Both the position numbers and the translations under genes were made by a program. A stretch of DNA of 63,932 bases, counting the filler, from Licmophora abbreviata (Eukaryota), in assembly GCA_900291995.1 (NCBI GenBank). It is 13 parts of 13 records of this genome, joined end to end, with 100 filler letters (N's around TTAATTAATTAA, not from the genome) between each part and the next. Parts side by side here need not be neighbours in the genome. Positions count along the whole stretch, not along the records: positions 8,135 to 13,470 come from OLMU01005172.1; positions 13,571 to 29,797 come from OLMU01005173.1; 11 more parts are not named here. One strand, given 5' to 3'. Positions 11,532 through 22,872 of this stretch are shown here, piece by piece (positions within the stretch are counted from its first letter, which is position 1; each line of letters begins with the position of its first letter). The notes below the pieces were generated by a model. The model saw only the letters and a program-made list of their open reading frames with translations. It was not told the origin of the DNA and ran no database searches.

Positions 11532-12969
11532 TCACTCGACATCACTTGGTGACACATCCGCATTATCTGCATCCTCATTTCCCACCCACTCGGTTTGCAA
11601 GTCCACCTCGTTCTTCTCATTCCCCGTAGCAACGGGTATTCCAATTTCATTCCTCCGTACCATGGGAATGGTATAGGGCGGGTTGTATTGAAAAACGACA
11701 TGCGGTACAACAGATCCATGCGGCACATCCAATTCGACACCGTCCTGTAACAGCAATTCCAGCAATGCATCCTTTTGCCGCGTCACTTCCCCTTCCGTCA
11801 CAAATCCCGGAAACCTGCGAACCGCCAATCGCGCCGCGCCGATATCCACAATCTGTACTGCTCCTGTGTCGTACTGGGAATTGCTGCTATCCTGAAGTGG
11901 CGATGGAATGTCATTTTCCTTTAAATAAAATCTCATTTCTCCTCGACTCGTGGTCGTGACCGGCGTCGTCATGTCCATACTCTTGCCGTCACTGTTGGCA
12001 CCAAACAGGTAGGCAGCGAGTGCATTGAACGCCGCTCCACTGGACGTGACATCATCCATAGCGTAGGGTTCTCCGACCTTACCCATATTGGTGGAAGCGA
12101 CAGTGTATTTGGGATAATCACGAATTTCGTAGCCATTCTTGACACCAAGTACCGTGTACGGAGGTCCCGAGAGTCCCTCCGGAGTTTCCAAAAATACATT
12201 CTTCGCTTCCTTGGCAAGCTCCTCCGTCTGCTGGGTGAGTTTCTGAGGAATCCGGGAAGGATCCTGTAAATCAGTCTGTAGTTCATCGAGAGTGCGTTTT
12301 GCTTGACTTCCGAGGGCATTCAAGACGCGCGATCCAATTTTGGGAAGGACTTCTGTAATGGTCTGCGGCGACGGGGGCGTCGATTTGGCCAACGACGGCA
12401 AAATATCCGTCGTGATCTGCCGCGCGACGGCCCTTGTGCCGTCCTGCAGCCGTTTGCCTGTCGGAGTCAACAATGGATCAATCTGAAGGGTTCGTGCAAA
12501 CGTAAATGTAGAAGATGATTTGAGAACGACGAATCAAAGGAGTGTGAGACACAAGAAACTCTATAAGTCTCACCTTTCGATCTCTCAATGCTACTTGAAC
12601 ACTGTCTCTAATCTCTTGATTGGCGGACATGAGTTCACTGAGTAGCACCTGTCGGTCCGCCAGCGACGTCGCTGGATCCAAAAGGGCCTCCAGGCGGACC
12701 TGCCAGGAATCATCATCGTCATGGCCTTCCCCTTGCGCGTGTGCTTCATTCTCATTTCCTTCGAGAGATTCGGCAAAAGCGGCAAAGGCAGAGTCTTCTT
12801 GCTTTTGGACAAACAAGCGTGACGATACTACGGCAGGAGCGAAGGCTCGTCTCGTGCTGGGGCCTAAACTAGTAAGACTGCCACTGGGAAGGACAGAGGA
12901 GAACGCCGCCGACCCCGGCACAGTCGCCATGAAGAGCACCAGCAGCAACGCGAATCGCTCGAGCGTCAT
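11532..12969 (-). CDS. SOUL heme-binding family protein, probably plastid-targeted; intron 12483-12573; alternative ATG at 12996
   Basis: YEIRDY, AFNALAAYLFG, MDMTTPV, QYNPPYTIPMVRRNEI; hydrophobic signal ending SAAF followed by a Ser/Arg-rich transit peptide. Confidence 0.88.
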
Positions 12970-14351
12970 CGTTTTCTCCCAGTTCGACAACGCCATCGTG
13001 TAAACTTCACTTCGGTGAGGCAAGATCACGAGGCACCCCAAAGAATGAGACGACAAAGCCAACAGCCGACGAAGAAGGATCGCTTTCCTCAATTTGCCGG
13101 CGAAGAAGGCACTCCTAAGATTTGCTCAGGTTGAAGTTTGGACTTAGACCAGAACACTGCTAAAACATTCGAAATTTGGAGCGAGTCGAAGCAGTCAAAG
13201 AGAGAAGGGAAGGCGAGTCACGAGTCTGACTAGACTCAGCCCTTCCGGTTTGTTCTTGTTGTGTGGATGAGAAAAATCGAGTCGATATCATCATTACTTA
13301 AGAGGGTAAAAGACGGAGTTAAAGCCACAGCTCAGTCCCCGGATATAGCCGCAACGTTATCGAGACAGCTCTCCCAAGGTCTACTAGTTCGGTAGTGCAG
13401 GAGAGTACCGATGGCCACTCGGCCGGTAAAATACTAGTACCTGCTGTAGCTACTTTACTCTAGCACTGTANNNNNNNNNNNNNNNNNNNNNNNNNNNNNN
13501 NNNNNNNNNNNNNNTTAATTAATTAANNNNNNNNNNNNNNNNNNNNNNNNNNNNNNNNNNNNNNNNNNNNGGTGGGGCGGGGTGGGTGTTTGGAAGTTAC
13601 CAGTAGGAGGGGGTTCAAAAGTGGGGGGACCTGTTCCAAGTGCACAATCGGACGTTGACAGGAATGACTTGTCGACGCAGCTCTTCGCCACAGCCTTCAT
13701 GCGTAAACGCTTCTGGCCGATCTTCTCGCTGTTACCCAACCGTGCTTTGTTTTGTCATCACAGGTGATGTTAATTTCTAGATTTGAGCAAATGTCAAATA
13801 GGAAATTTACTGTAAAACGATTCTATTCGAGTACAGTCATAATAGCCTGATCTGATAAGAGTGGAGGAGAGGATTCTGGGAGTCCGAATCGCCAGGAGCG
13901 ACAGGTCTGGAAAGCTTGAGAGGATCAATTGGTAACATATATACAAATTTTCGTACTGTCTTTAAATAAGGGCTATACAGCTATACAGTATACATTGATA
14001 TACACAGGTGAATGATTCGAACGGAGTTCATGACTCGGAGGGCGCGCGGGCGCACTTGTGTCACATTTTGCATTTTGTGGCTTGCTCGCATTGGCAGCTT
14101 GGGATGCTCTCCTTGACCCTCTTACATCTTCTTCTTGAGGCGAAAAGTACTTTTCCAACAAGGGGGAGAGATCTCTGCCCTGCGGTTTCATTTTTTACTT
14201 GTGAGAAAACGAAAACGGCGACTGTCAATTTGCGACCTGCCACCCGCGCGGAGTGTTGACCGGCTCCCCGTAGAAAAATCTCGTACATTTCCTACGCAAA
14301 ATCAAAAAGAGATTGCAGATTTCAGCCATTTCACAGTATCAGTGACAGTGA

Positions 14352-15602
14352 ATGTATCGCCTTCCCTCCACGATGCACTCTTCGACGGACAACGAGGGCA
14401 AGCAGCCCTCGTTTCCCCCTCCCTCGTCGCCCTTTTTCCCCCAACGAACATACTTTCAGAAGCTCTTCAACGTTGAATACAGTTTCAAGGACGAAAAGCT
14501 GGATTACGACTATGATCAGCCGCATACATCTCAGAAACCACCCCGAACGAGAGCCAAAGGCGAATATTACGTTGACAGCTGGAACAACGAGCCCTTTAGT
14601 GTAAAGTTTGGTACGGCTGAGTCTGACGGCATCTGGATGAACTCTCGGGACCAGGCGGGAACCATTATGAGCTGCATGGTGTGGCTCTTGATGCTATACA
14701 GTGCCGTGACGGTCACCTTTCTGACACTCACAGAGGGCATTCCTGTGTATCTCGGCATGCTCTACAACATTCTGGTGTGTCTAGCACTCGCGTCGCATGC
14801 CAAGACATCACTCACCGACCCAGGTTCGGTGCCACGAGCCGCTGTTCCGTGCGAACAGGCGCGCCTGACCCAGAACTCTCATAGCATGTGCGGACAGTGC
14901 CAAACCTTCAAGCCTCCTCAATCGCATCATTGTCGCATTTGCAATCGATGTATATCTCGGATGGATCATCACTGCCCGTGGATGAATAACTGCGTGGGAG
15001 CAGGGAATCTGAGTGAGTAGCTAGCGTCTTGAATGATGTGAGTTTTTCCGACTTGAGGTGTTCTCACACGTTATATTGCGCCGCCCTTTGCCATCGTAGA
15101 ACACTTCATGCTGTTTTTGTCTTACACCTGGACGTGCAGTGCATATGCCTTGGTACTGTTTGGGTGGAATTATTTCTTTTGCGCTGACGAAGACTGCACC
15201 TTTCATGTCATTGTTGTGCATTTGGTCCGTGTCATGACTATACTTTGCATCGGCGCGTTTCTCTTTACCTCCAGCATGCTGATGAATGTATGCTATGGCA
15301 TCATGACAGGAATTGGTACAATTGATCGATTAAAGAAAAAAGCTATCAATACCATGGCACAAAGCGACGAAGAACCTATTCGACTGATTGATATATTTGG
15401 AGTCGGTGGCTATCACACATGGTGGTTGCCGATTGATCCTGTCTTTGACGATTGGGATCGCATAATGGGATATTCCATGCCTCAGAGATTGGCGAGGGAG
15501 CAGCAATTGTTGGAACATGCGCCGATTCTATCGCCGCCCGACTTGGAGCCATCTCCGACGCTGGAATTGCCTCAGTGGGTGCAGGACTGGTTGCCCGTGT
15601 AG
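14352..15602 (+). CDS. DHHC palmitoyltransferase; intron 15013-15099
   Basis: TDPG, CGQC...[26 protein letters not shown] and four hydrophobic segments. Confidence 0.95.
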
Positions 15603-15894
15603 CGGAAGACGAGCGAAGGGTGCTGGTGCCCGTTGTAATAAATAGTTCGTGAAAAGATAACTTGAAAAGTGCAAAATATCGATCGTGTGATATAACGATG
15701 GGTATCATATGTCGCCGAGGCAGGCGGAATGTACGATAGGACACTGACTCCAAAGCAGAGCATGGTATAGCGTCTGCAATCGGGCAAGAGGAAGGAGACG
15801 ACCAGGCACGAACGCATTTGCATACTAGCATACGGATCATACCATTTTTGTTGCATCAGCACGTGCTCTCTTTCAAATTACAGTGATTCATCAT

Positions 15895-16845
15895 TCATTG
15901 GCATGTGTAGCACTTGTACCCAGCAAAAGGAAACAACTTCCTGATCTCTCCCGCCCCATCCGTAACGTAGTCGGCAAAGAGCAAATTGGTATCATCACAA
16001 GCGCGAGCATCTCCCACCGTCGATAGGTGTAGGTAGCAATATTTTATGCCAGCCGTGACTCCATAGCTGATTCCGTGAGATCGAGCTGGTCCAAGTCTGT
16101 TGGTGCACAGGTCCTTACAGGTTTGATGATCGCCCACGTCGAGTTTTCCAAAACAAGAATCATAGAAGTTTCCATCGCCATCAAGACACACTCCACCGTC
16201 GCCAAATAATTTACACGAGGGAATGGGCGACGAGGATACGGTCAAAGTTATTGGAGGTGGCGAAGATGCTGGTGTGTTTGTGCTCCTATCTGCCGTAGAC
16301 GTAAGACCACCCGAGTCGTCAAATATCGCCCCTCTTACAATGCTTTCTTCGTTTCGACTCGACGATTCCTCTCTTTCGTCCAGACCATTGATTCCAAATA
16401 CTGTTCTGGTTCTAGACTTTTCACGTTGTCTGGAGTCAGCTTCCAAGAGACCCCCGGATTGGTCCTGTAAGATTTGCGCTTCAGGTGAGTTTGCGCCAGC
16501 ATCGAGTCGTTCTGATTGAGCGCGGTGTGCTTGTCGATCTGACGATGAGGCGAGCAGTTCTTTGTGACGGTCTTCTTGCGGCGCGTCATCGACGAGTTGA
16601 GAAACTGGCTCATTCCGTATTTTGGCGTCATCTGTGACTGTGATTTTCATATGGGTACACATAGACGGCATGGGTCAGCATAAGATCGAAGGTTCCTGTA
16701 GGGAATGTTTTTCTACTTGATCACGAAACACGAATCAAGACATACCTTGAGCAATTCCCCCTACACTGCCCGACGACAGATAGCACAGCGCTACTCCAAC
16801 GACAACGCAACCGGCTGCCTGGATCATGTTCAAGGCCTTAGTCAT
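15895..16845 (-). CDS. Putative secreted protein with C-terminal Cys-rich domain; exons 16845-16746 and 16637-15895
   Basis: An upstream exon encodes signal-like MTKALNMIQAAGCVVVGVALCYLSSGSVGG. A GTATGT donor, CTGAC branch point and phase-1 CAG acceptor join it in frame to the 258-aa ORF. Confidence 0.6.
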
Positions 16846-17219
16846 GATCTATACATACTGTTTTAAAAGCGTAATGATCAAGGAAGAGTCCCTTCGGGCG
16901 CTTGTCAGGGGCAGGCACAGTTGTCGTTCTAAAAAAATTGATGACAGAGAAGTCATGTATCTGGTATTTACTGCGCGTATAGTATAGGTACGACAAAACA
17001 GTATACTTCCTACCATTGGGCCTTTGCAAATCCAGCCTCACAAATATCAAAAAGACCCTTTCTCAACCAATTTTTACCATGGCAGTTCCGGGTTTCTGAT
17101 ATTTTGGAAAATTCAGCGAAGATATTGCAGTCTTGGAATTCCATCTCCGATCTCAGAATTAAAAATGAGCGATAGACCCACCATGATGGCACGGGTACCG
17201 GTACCGGTATAAAACAACC

Positions 17220-18680
17220 ATGGGAACCACTTCGTCCACAGCGGGGGAAGATTCCCCTGCTCCTCCCAATGCCCTTTCTTCTGCGCCCACGACTCTGGAA
17301 AACACTACATATCTATGGCCTGATTTGTACACTGAACTCCGTGACATGGCCGCCGTTTCCTTCTTGGTCTACACCTTTGGATACATTCTCGACGTTGCTC
17401 GCAAACAGGGTGGGTTGAAGGGTCTTCATATCGATAGCGAAGGACAGGCGAGTCGCTCTTGAACCACGAAGCGACTTGCACGTAGCTTCACGCCATCCGA
17501 AGTGAGCGAAATTGTACAAGACAACCAAGAGGTACTCGCAGAGACGTACCCATCCGAGTTTGGGGCGGATACCATCAGCAGGGTGCGACAGTCATTGAAG
17601 CTACTGCAGGATCGTGCTGTGGGCGATGCCAAGAAGGCCGTACTGAACAGCAGTCCGACACGTCGTAAAGCTGATCCAATGGGTAGCGGTACTCTCGCTT
17701 TGTCCATGTCACGCCCATTGACTCTATTGGAGTATGACGACCGGCATCAACAGCACGAAATGGTCTATGCCGTGTGCAAGGACGACGTTCATCGACGGAT
17801 CACGTTAGTCTTTCGAGGAACTGAGAATGAATTGGCCTTTGGCACCAACTGGACTACCAATATCAGCGTGTCCAAAGTCCAAGTGGATGTGCCGGCAGTG
17901 CTCAAGGGCGTCGTTGAAGGTGACACGTTGTGGATGCACAGCGGATTCTATAGTAAGTAGTACGCTGTGACTTCGATAGGCATGAGGGTGAGAGTAGAGG
18001 TATCGACCGAGGGTCTCTCACTCCTCTCATTATTTTCATAAACAGAGTACGTCTTTGGCACCACATACGATCCCACAGACGATGCGTCCACACGCAAGTA
18101 TGATGAAATACTGCTCGACATTAAGCCTCTCCTTCAGCAGTACCCTGACTACAAGCTCTATGTGACAGGCCACAGCTTAGGTGCCGCTTTAAGTACAGTC
18201 GTGGCGTTCTTTCTGGCCTGCGAGCCCGACATTATGAACCATCCAGTGTCCTGCATCAACTTTGCCTCACCTCGTGTAGGAGACGCCTTGTTCTTGGAAG
18301 CGACACAGTATTTGCAACAATCGAATCGGCTGCGACTCTTACGAGTCGTAAATGACCGTGACAGTGTTGCCATGGTTCCCATGTGGGGTTTCCAACATGT
18401 CGGCTTCCAGGTTCGTCTGTACAAAGACACGTCGCGTGAACCGGAAATTACCTTTCCCAAACTCGTGGATAGCAAGACGAACCGGTTCTCTCGTACGTGG
18501 GCTAACTCCTTACTGGCAAGCCTCAACTTTTCCTATGATCATGGGGACTATCGTGAGCGTGTAGATCTGGCACAAGAATATCTGAAAAAGCAAAACTTGA
18601 CTGAGTTGTACAGTCGTGGTGACCTGACTGGGATTTTGAGGCGTACAAACGAACAAGGCATAGTGGGTGCATTGAAGTGA
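17220..18680 (+). CDS. Class 3 lipase with an in-frame TGA at 17460-17462 (possible pseudogene or base error); intron 17953-18045
   Basis: LVFRGT, HSGFY, VTGHSLGAA, FASPRVG, RVVNDRDSVAMVP. Confidence 0.85.
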
Positions 18681-18904
18681 AGAAGGGACGCCATCTTCTA
18701 CGACTGTGAAATCATCTAGAAATAGTAGTACCCCGTAGCTAAGAACATTCCGCGGTAGATTCTATAGTCTATTTGAAGTACCAGTAACTGTCCAGTTTCG
18801 GACCAGGTTTTGTACTGTCCCGTAACGAGAGCTATCGGGACCGACTGTCAGAATGCCTTTCATCATTCACGCGAGAAAACAATGACGATGCCATAACAAC
18901 AAAC

Positions 18905-21250
18905 TCACTTCCGGGGAAGGTACGGAGGTGAGAGGCCAAAGCCGGTCGCCGTTGCCTCGAGCTCTCGAAGTACATTTTCGGGATCGTGGTCGTCCAGGAA
19001 ATGTGTATTTAGTTCAATCTCTTGAAAGTCGGCTACGTCTGCCCATAAAGGGCTATACTGCTTCTTCAGTGGTGACTCTACGATGCCACAAGTGAATACG
19101 CTGGCAATCCGCCGACACAAGTGTTTTGGCCCGGTGCCATTCTGACCGGTTTGGACAAGATGAACAATTTTTCCGGGAGGAAACAGCTCTACATCTTCGA
19201 TCTCTCGCTCTGTTTTCCGGGAGTTTTGATCTTTGTGAAACTTCGCAAGTTGCTCCTTATAGTCGGATTCTGGCAAGTCGCAGGAGTTGTGCAGTAGGTG
19301 CCGACTGGCCTCGGCAAAATTGTTGTCCGTACTGCCTTTCGAAGACCTATTCGCTTCGTACTTCGATACTTTGATTCGCGCCACCATTTCGAGTACATCA
19401 TCTCGCAAGTTTTCCAATGCGTTGAGTGACAATCGAGGCACAAAGTCAGAGTCCAGTACATATGAAGTCAAGTAGTCCCTGCAAGCCTCTGCCAGGTCCT
19501 TCGACATTGTAGCGCCCGGTGGACAAAAACACAAGCATCGCAGATCTGGATGTCTGCTTCGCAGGAAGAGGGCAACGAGACTCGCGCATCCGGCACCTAA
19601 CGAGTGCCCTGCCACTCTGAGTTTGTAATCCTTGTAGCGGGCGTCCTTATCAAGCAATAACTCGTGCAATTTGCCATGTCGCATCAAATCGTCGTACACC
19701 CAAACAGCGCACTCGAGAACACCCTTGTGGGCAAACGAGTGACTTCCATCAAAGCCACACCGATCTCCCAAATCATCCAAAGACGTCGGCTGAACCATCA
19801 AGTCGGCCATGAGATCGTCGAGGCTCAGAGTTCCGCGAATCACCAGCACAACGGAGCGCCATTCATGGTCCAGCACAATGCAGTATGGCGTCTTCTCGAC
19901 TCCCACGTTGAATTGTGCGTACACCAATTCCGCATCGTCTAGACCAGCCCGATTTCGTACCGATGCTTCGTTCCATCCGCATCTGTTGTCCCCAATAATT
20001 CGATCGTTCGACTGAAGACACTGACAGGTCGCAAAACGGCTAACCGTACCAGTGCAAAGCACGCAACAGCATTCTTTGCATGGGTTGTGGGTGATCTGCA
20101 TGAGCCATGAGTAAATGGCTAGCGAGACTCGCATGAAGCGCGCGCCCTCTGCAACCGCCATCAAATCATCGCGATGCCTTTTTGATAGCAGCGACCGCTT
20201 CACCATGTTATTTTTGACGGTACTTCGTACCCTCACAAAGACGGGTTTCGTTATCGATTCTCTTCGGATGATTGGAGTCTGACCTCGTTCCATGTGAAGC
20301 TGTAACTCGATCTCCTGTCGCTCATCGCAAAGAATTCCTTCGTCTGTCGCTTCTATATTACATGGTTGGCGTTTCAAATTCAGCATGGCTCTTTGAGATT
20401 CGAGTCGTCGTTCCATCTGGACACGCCTCAGCATTCGGAACGCAACCAAGACGTCCGTGAGCACCACATCGACAGGTCCCCCCAAATAGTCTTCCAGCAA
20501 TACGGCAAGAGTTGCAAAGTCCCCTTGAAGCGGCGCGTCACCTCCTCCTGTACAGCAGCATGTAATATACGTTGTACAGGAACAGCAGCAGCACACGAAC
20601 CACTTGATACAGGCCTGTCGCGTACAACAAATGCCCGACAGCAGTCTCCTTTGTATGGACCGGGCATGGAGCCAGATCACGTAGACTACAGCTGTGACCG
20701 CAGCACAGGAGTCAGAAAACTGAGATATCACCAGTATTCTCAGCAACATCAGCCATGGAGTGTCGTCTCGGCACTGACTCGTGATCTGGTTATCCTTACC
20801 GCATCGACAGTAGTCCGTTACGGACCTTGCGATGATACCACCATAAGTCGTGAGACCCAGTTTGACGACAAGCAGCAATACGTATTTTCCATAGAGCATT
20901 TTTTGCAGTACAGGACTTCGTCTCTTGTCCATAGTCGGCGTCCCCCATCCCGAGACGACCCAGATGCCAGACTCGAGAGACATCATGAGAATGGTGTATG
21001 CAAGCGACAGCCACAAGTAAGAGTAAAAGAGTCCGAAATCATCTTTCTTCAGGAGCGGTTCTTCTTCATCTTCTGGACACACGTCATCATATTCGACGCC
21101 TCCTTTGATCTTTTCCTTGAGACTGTAAACGATGAGCGGCAAAACGCACGCAATCTGCAGGAGGCGTAGTAGATAGTACCAAACAATACAGCATCGAACA
21201 TCGTCGCCCGCAATCATCGATGGCTTGCCACATAAGTGTAGCGCCGGCAT
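18905..21250 (-). CDS. Diacylglycerol lipase-like protein (N-terminal TM helices plus lipase 3 domain)
   Basis: N-terminus MPALHLCGK...AGDD, TM region, IRGTLSLDD, AHKG, GHSLGAG, DFVPRLS, PPGKIVHL, DH. Confidence 0.88.
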   Translation of the reverse strand: MPALHLCGKPSMIAGDDVRCCIVWYYLLRLLQIACVLPLIVYSLKEKIKGGVEYDDVCPEDEEEPLLKKDDFGLFYSYLWLSLAYTILMMSLESGIWVVSGWGTPTMDKRRSPVLQKMLYGKYVLLLVVKLGLTTYGGIIARSVTDYCRCGKDNQITSQCRDDTPWLMLLRILVISQFSDSCAAVTAVVYVIWLHARSIQRRLLSGICCTRQACIKWFVCCCCSCTTYITCCCTGGGDAPLQGDFATLAVLLEDYLGGPVDVVLTDVLVAFRMLRRVQMERRLESQRAMLNLKRQPCNIEATDEGILCDERQEIELQLHMERGQTPIIRRESITKPVFVRVRSTVKNNMVKRSLLSKRHRDDLMAVAEGARFMRVSLAIYSWLMQITHNPCKECCCVLCTGTVSRFATCQCLQSNDRIIGDNRCGWNEASVRNRAGLDDAELVYAQFNVGVEKTPYCIVLDHEWRSVVLVIRGTLSLDDLMADLMVQPTSLDDLGDRCGFDGSHSFAHKGVLECAVWVYDDLMRHGKLHELLLDKDARYKDYKLRVAGHSLGAGCASLVALFLRSRHPDLRCLCFCPPGATMSKDLAEACRDYLTSYVLDSDFVPRLSLNALENLRDDVLEMVARIKVSKYEANRSSKGSTDNNFAEASRHLLHNSCDLPESDYKEQLAKFHKDQNSRKTEREIEDVELFPPGKIVHLVQTGQNGTGPKHLCRRIASVFTCGIVESPLKKQYSPLWADVADFQEIELNTHFLDDHDPENVLRELEATATGFGLSPPYLPRK

Positions 21251-21596
21251 ATCACAAGGGCTTCCAATAGCTTTAGAAGCGAGGGCGGGGCACTCAGCTG
21301 TTGAGCGATCCTTCTGAGCCGTCGAATGAGACGTAAGGGAGACAAGAACCACATCGTCTCTGTGTCTGACATCTTCTAGAAGAACGGGGCATCAGTGGCA
21401 GCGGGGGGCGCGCCAAAAAGCTGTCAGTTCTTCCGAATTAATTCCAATTGTTGGAATTCTGACAATTCCAGAATTGGCCAAAGTTCGAAACTTCAAGAAA
21501 CATCACCCGATCACATTCTCATCTCGTCAGTGACATCACTGTTTCGAAAGAACATACCTCATCGTCGATCTATCCTTCCGGTGTAAAACTTGCACC

Positions 21597-22535
21597 ATGA
21601 GCCTTTCTACTGTGTCCCGAGGCGTTGCAGTGGCGATAGCGAGAAGTAAGGTATGTCTTTGGAAAGAATTAAGGTGAAAGAAAGACCGCAAGATTTGATC
21701 GATCACACATCCGAATGGGCCTTGCTGTGCGGTTGGATCTTTCGAATCTCTTTGGATTCTCGCGCCGTCGGATTCCATGGTGTCAATAGGGATGTTTATG
21801 TAAATCGTGTAGCAATGGAATCTCCGTGCCAAGCAATTATTCTTGATCCTCACACAATGTTTTCGTCTTCCTCCTTCTCGCCAATAAACTACTCAGCTGC
21901 TCTTTTCGTCTCGCACTATTCCTGTTGCATGCTTCTCTTCAGCTTCAACACAAAGCTTGATAATCAATGCTGTCGGCTTGGATCGCCCCGGTATCGTCAG
22001 CGACGTTACAAAGTATGTGACGCATGCCGGCGGCGGCAACGTTGGCGAGTCGCAAGCCGCCAAGTTGGGGCATTACTTTTCTGTCCTAATGATGATTGAA
22101 GTCCCCAACGCACAAGCGGACGCTCTCAAAGTGGCACTCGTCAATATGCCCGACATGAACGTCAGTGTCTTTGAAACACCACTGCCCGAAGTCAGTCAGT
22201 CTGCTTTGGTGACACCCAAAGCTGGATACTCTGGAACGTTTCGCGTCAGTGGAGCCGACAATCCGGGTATCGTCTATCACGTGACGAAACTGCTGGCCAA
22301 TCACAACCTCAACATCGATTCGATGGAAACTATGCAAGAGACGATTGCGCCGCATGGTGGTACGCACCTGTTCCACATGGTGGGCGTGTGTAGCATGGCG
22401 GAGCCACTCCCGAATAAGTTCGACATTCACTCGATCAAGGACGAGCTGGAGCAGCTTGGAGATAGCCTCAACTGCGATGTCATTCTGGAAGACAAGCACG
22501 ATGATGCGCCAAGTGCGAGCTTCTATGGTGGATAA
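21597..22535 (+). CDS. Tandem ACT-domain protein, GcvR-like, with predicted mitochondrial presequence; intron 21651-21896
   Basis: Two ACT signatures (AVGLDRPGIV, SGADNPGIV); spliced N-terminus is Ser/Arg-rich with no acidic residues. Confidence 0.8.
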
Positions 22536-22872
22536 ATAGGAGAGATCCTGTTGTTGAGTAGGTCAAAGTTTGGATGGGATGCTAGTTCGAGGTACCGTCC
22601 CGGTTGTGACATGTTGCCTGCACCTTGCCTCGCCCGCAGAAATGACGAAGACGAATAAGATTATGGGACGCAGTAACCAAATGAAATGGCATCTCCTCAA
22701 CTAGCCCATTACATATGATAATCTGTAGACAAACACAAAACTATGTAGAACACAGAGAACACTACCCTATCTCCTCCTCTTTCCACTTCTTCTTCTTCTT
22801 CTTCAATCACGGCTGCTGATGGACACATTCTCATACATCGAGCATGTGTTACGTGGAATTCTGATATCCGCT

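Noticed and set aside
13571..13630. G-rich tract at a contig edge (possible G-quadruplex or transposon end)
   Set aside because: Truncated by the gap, no matching inverted repeat or transposase nearby, and G-runs are irregularly spaced
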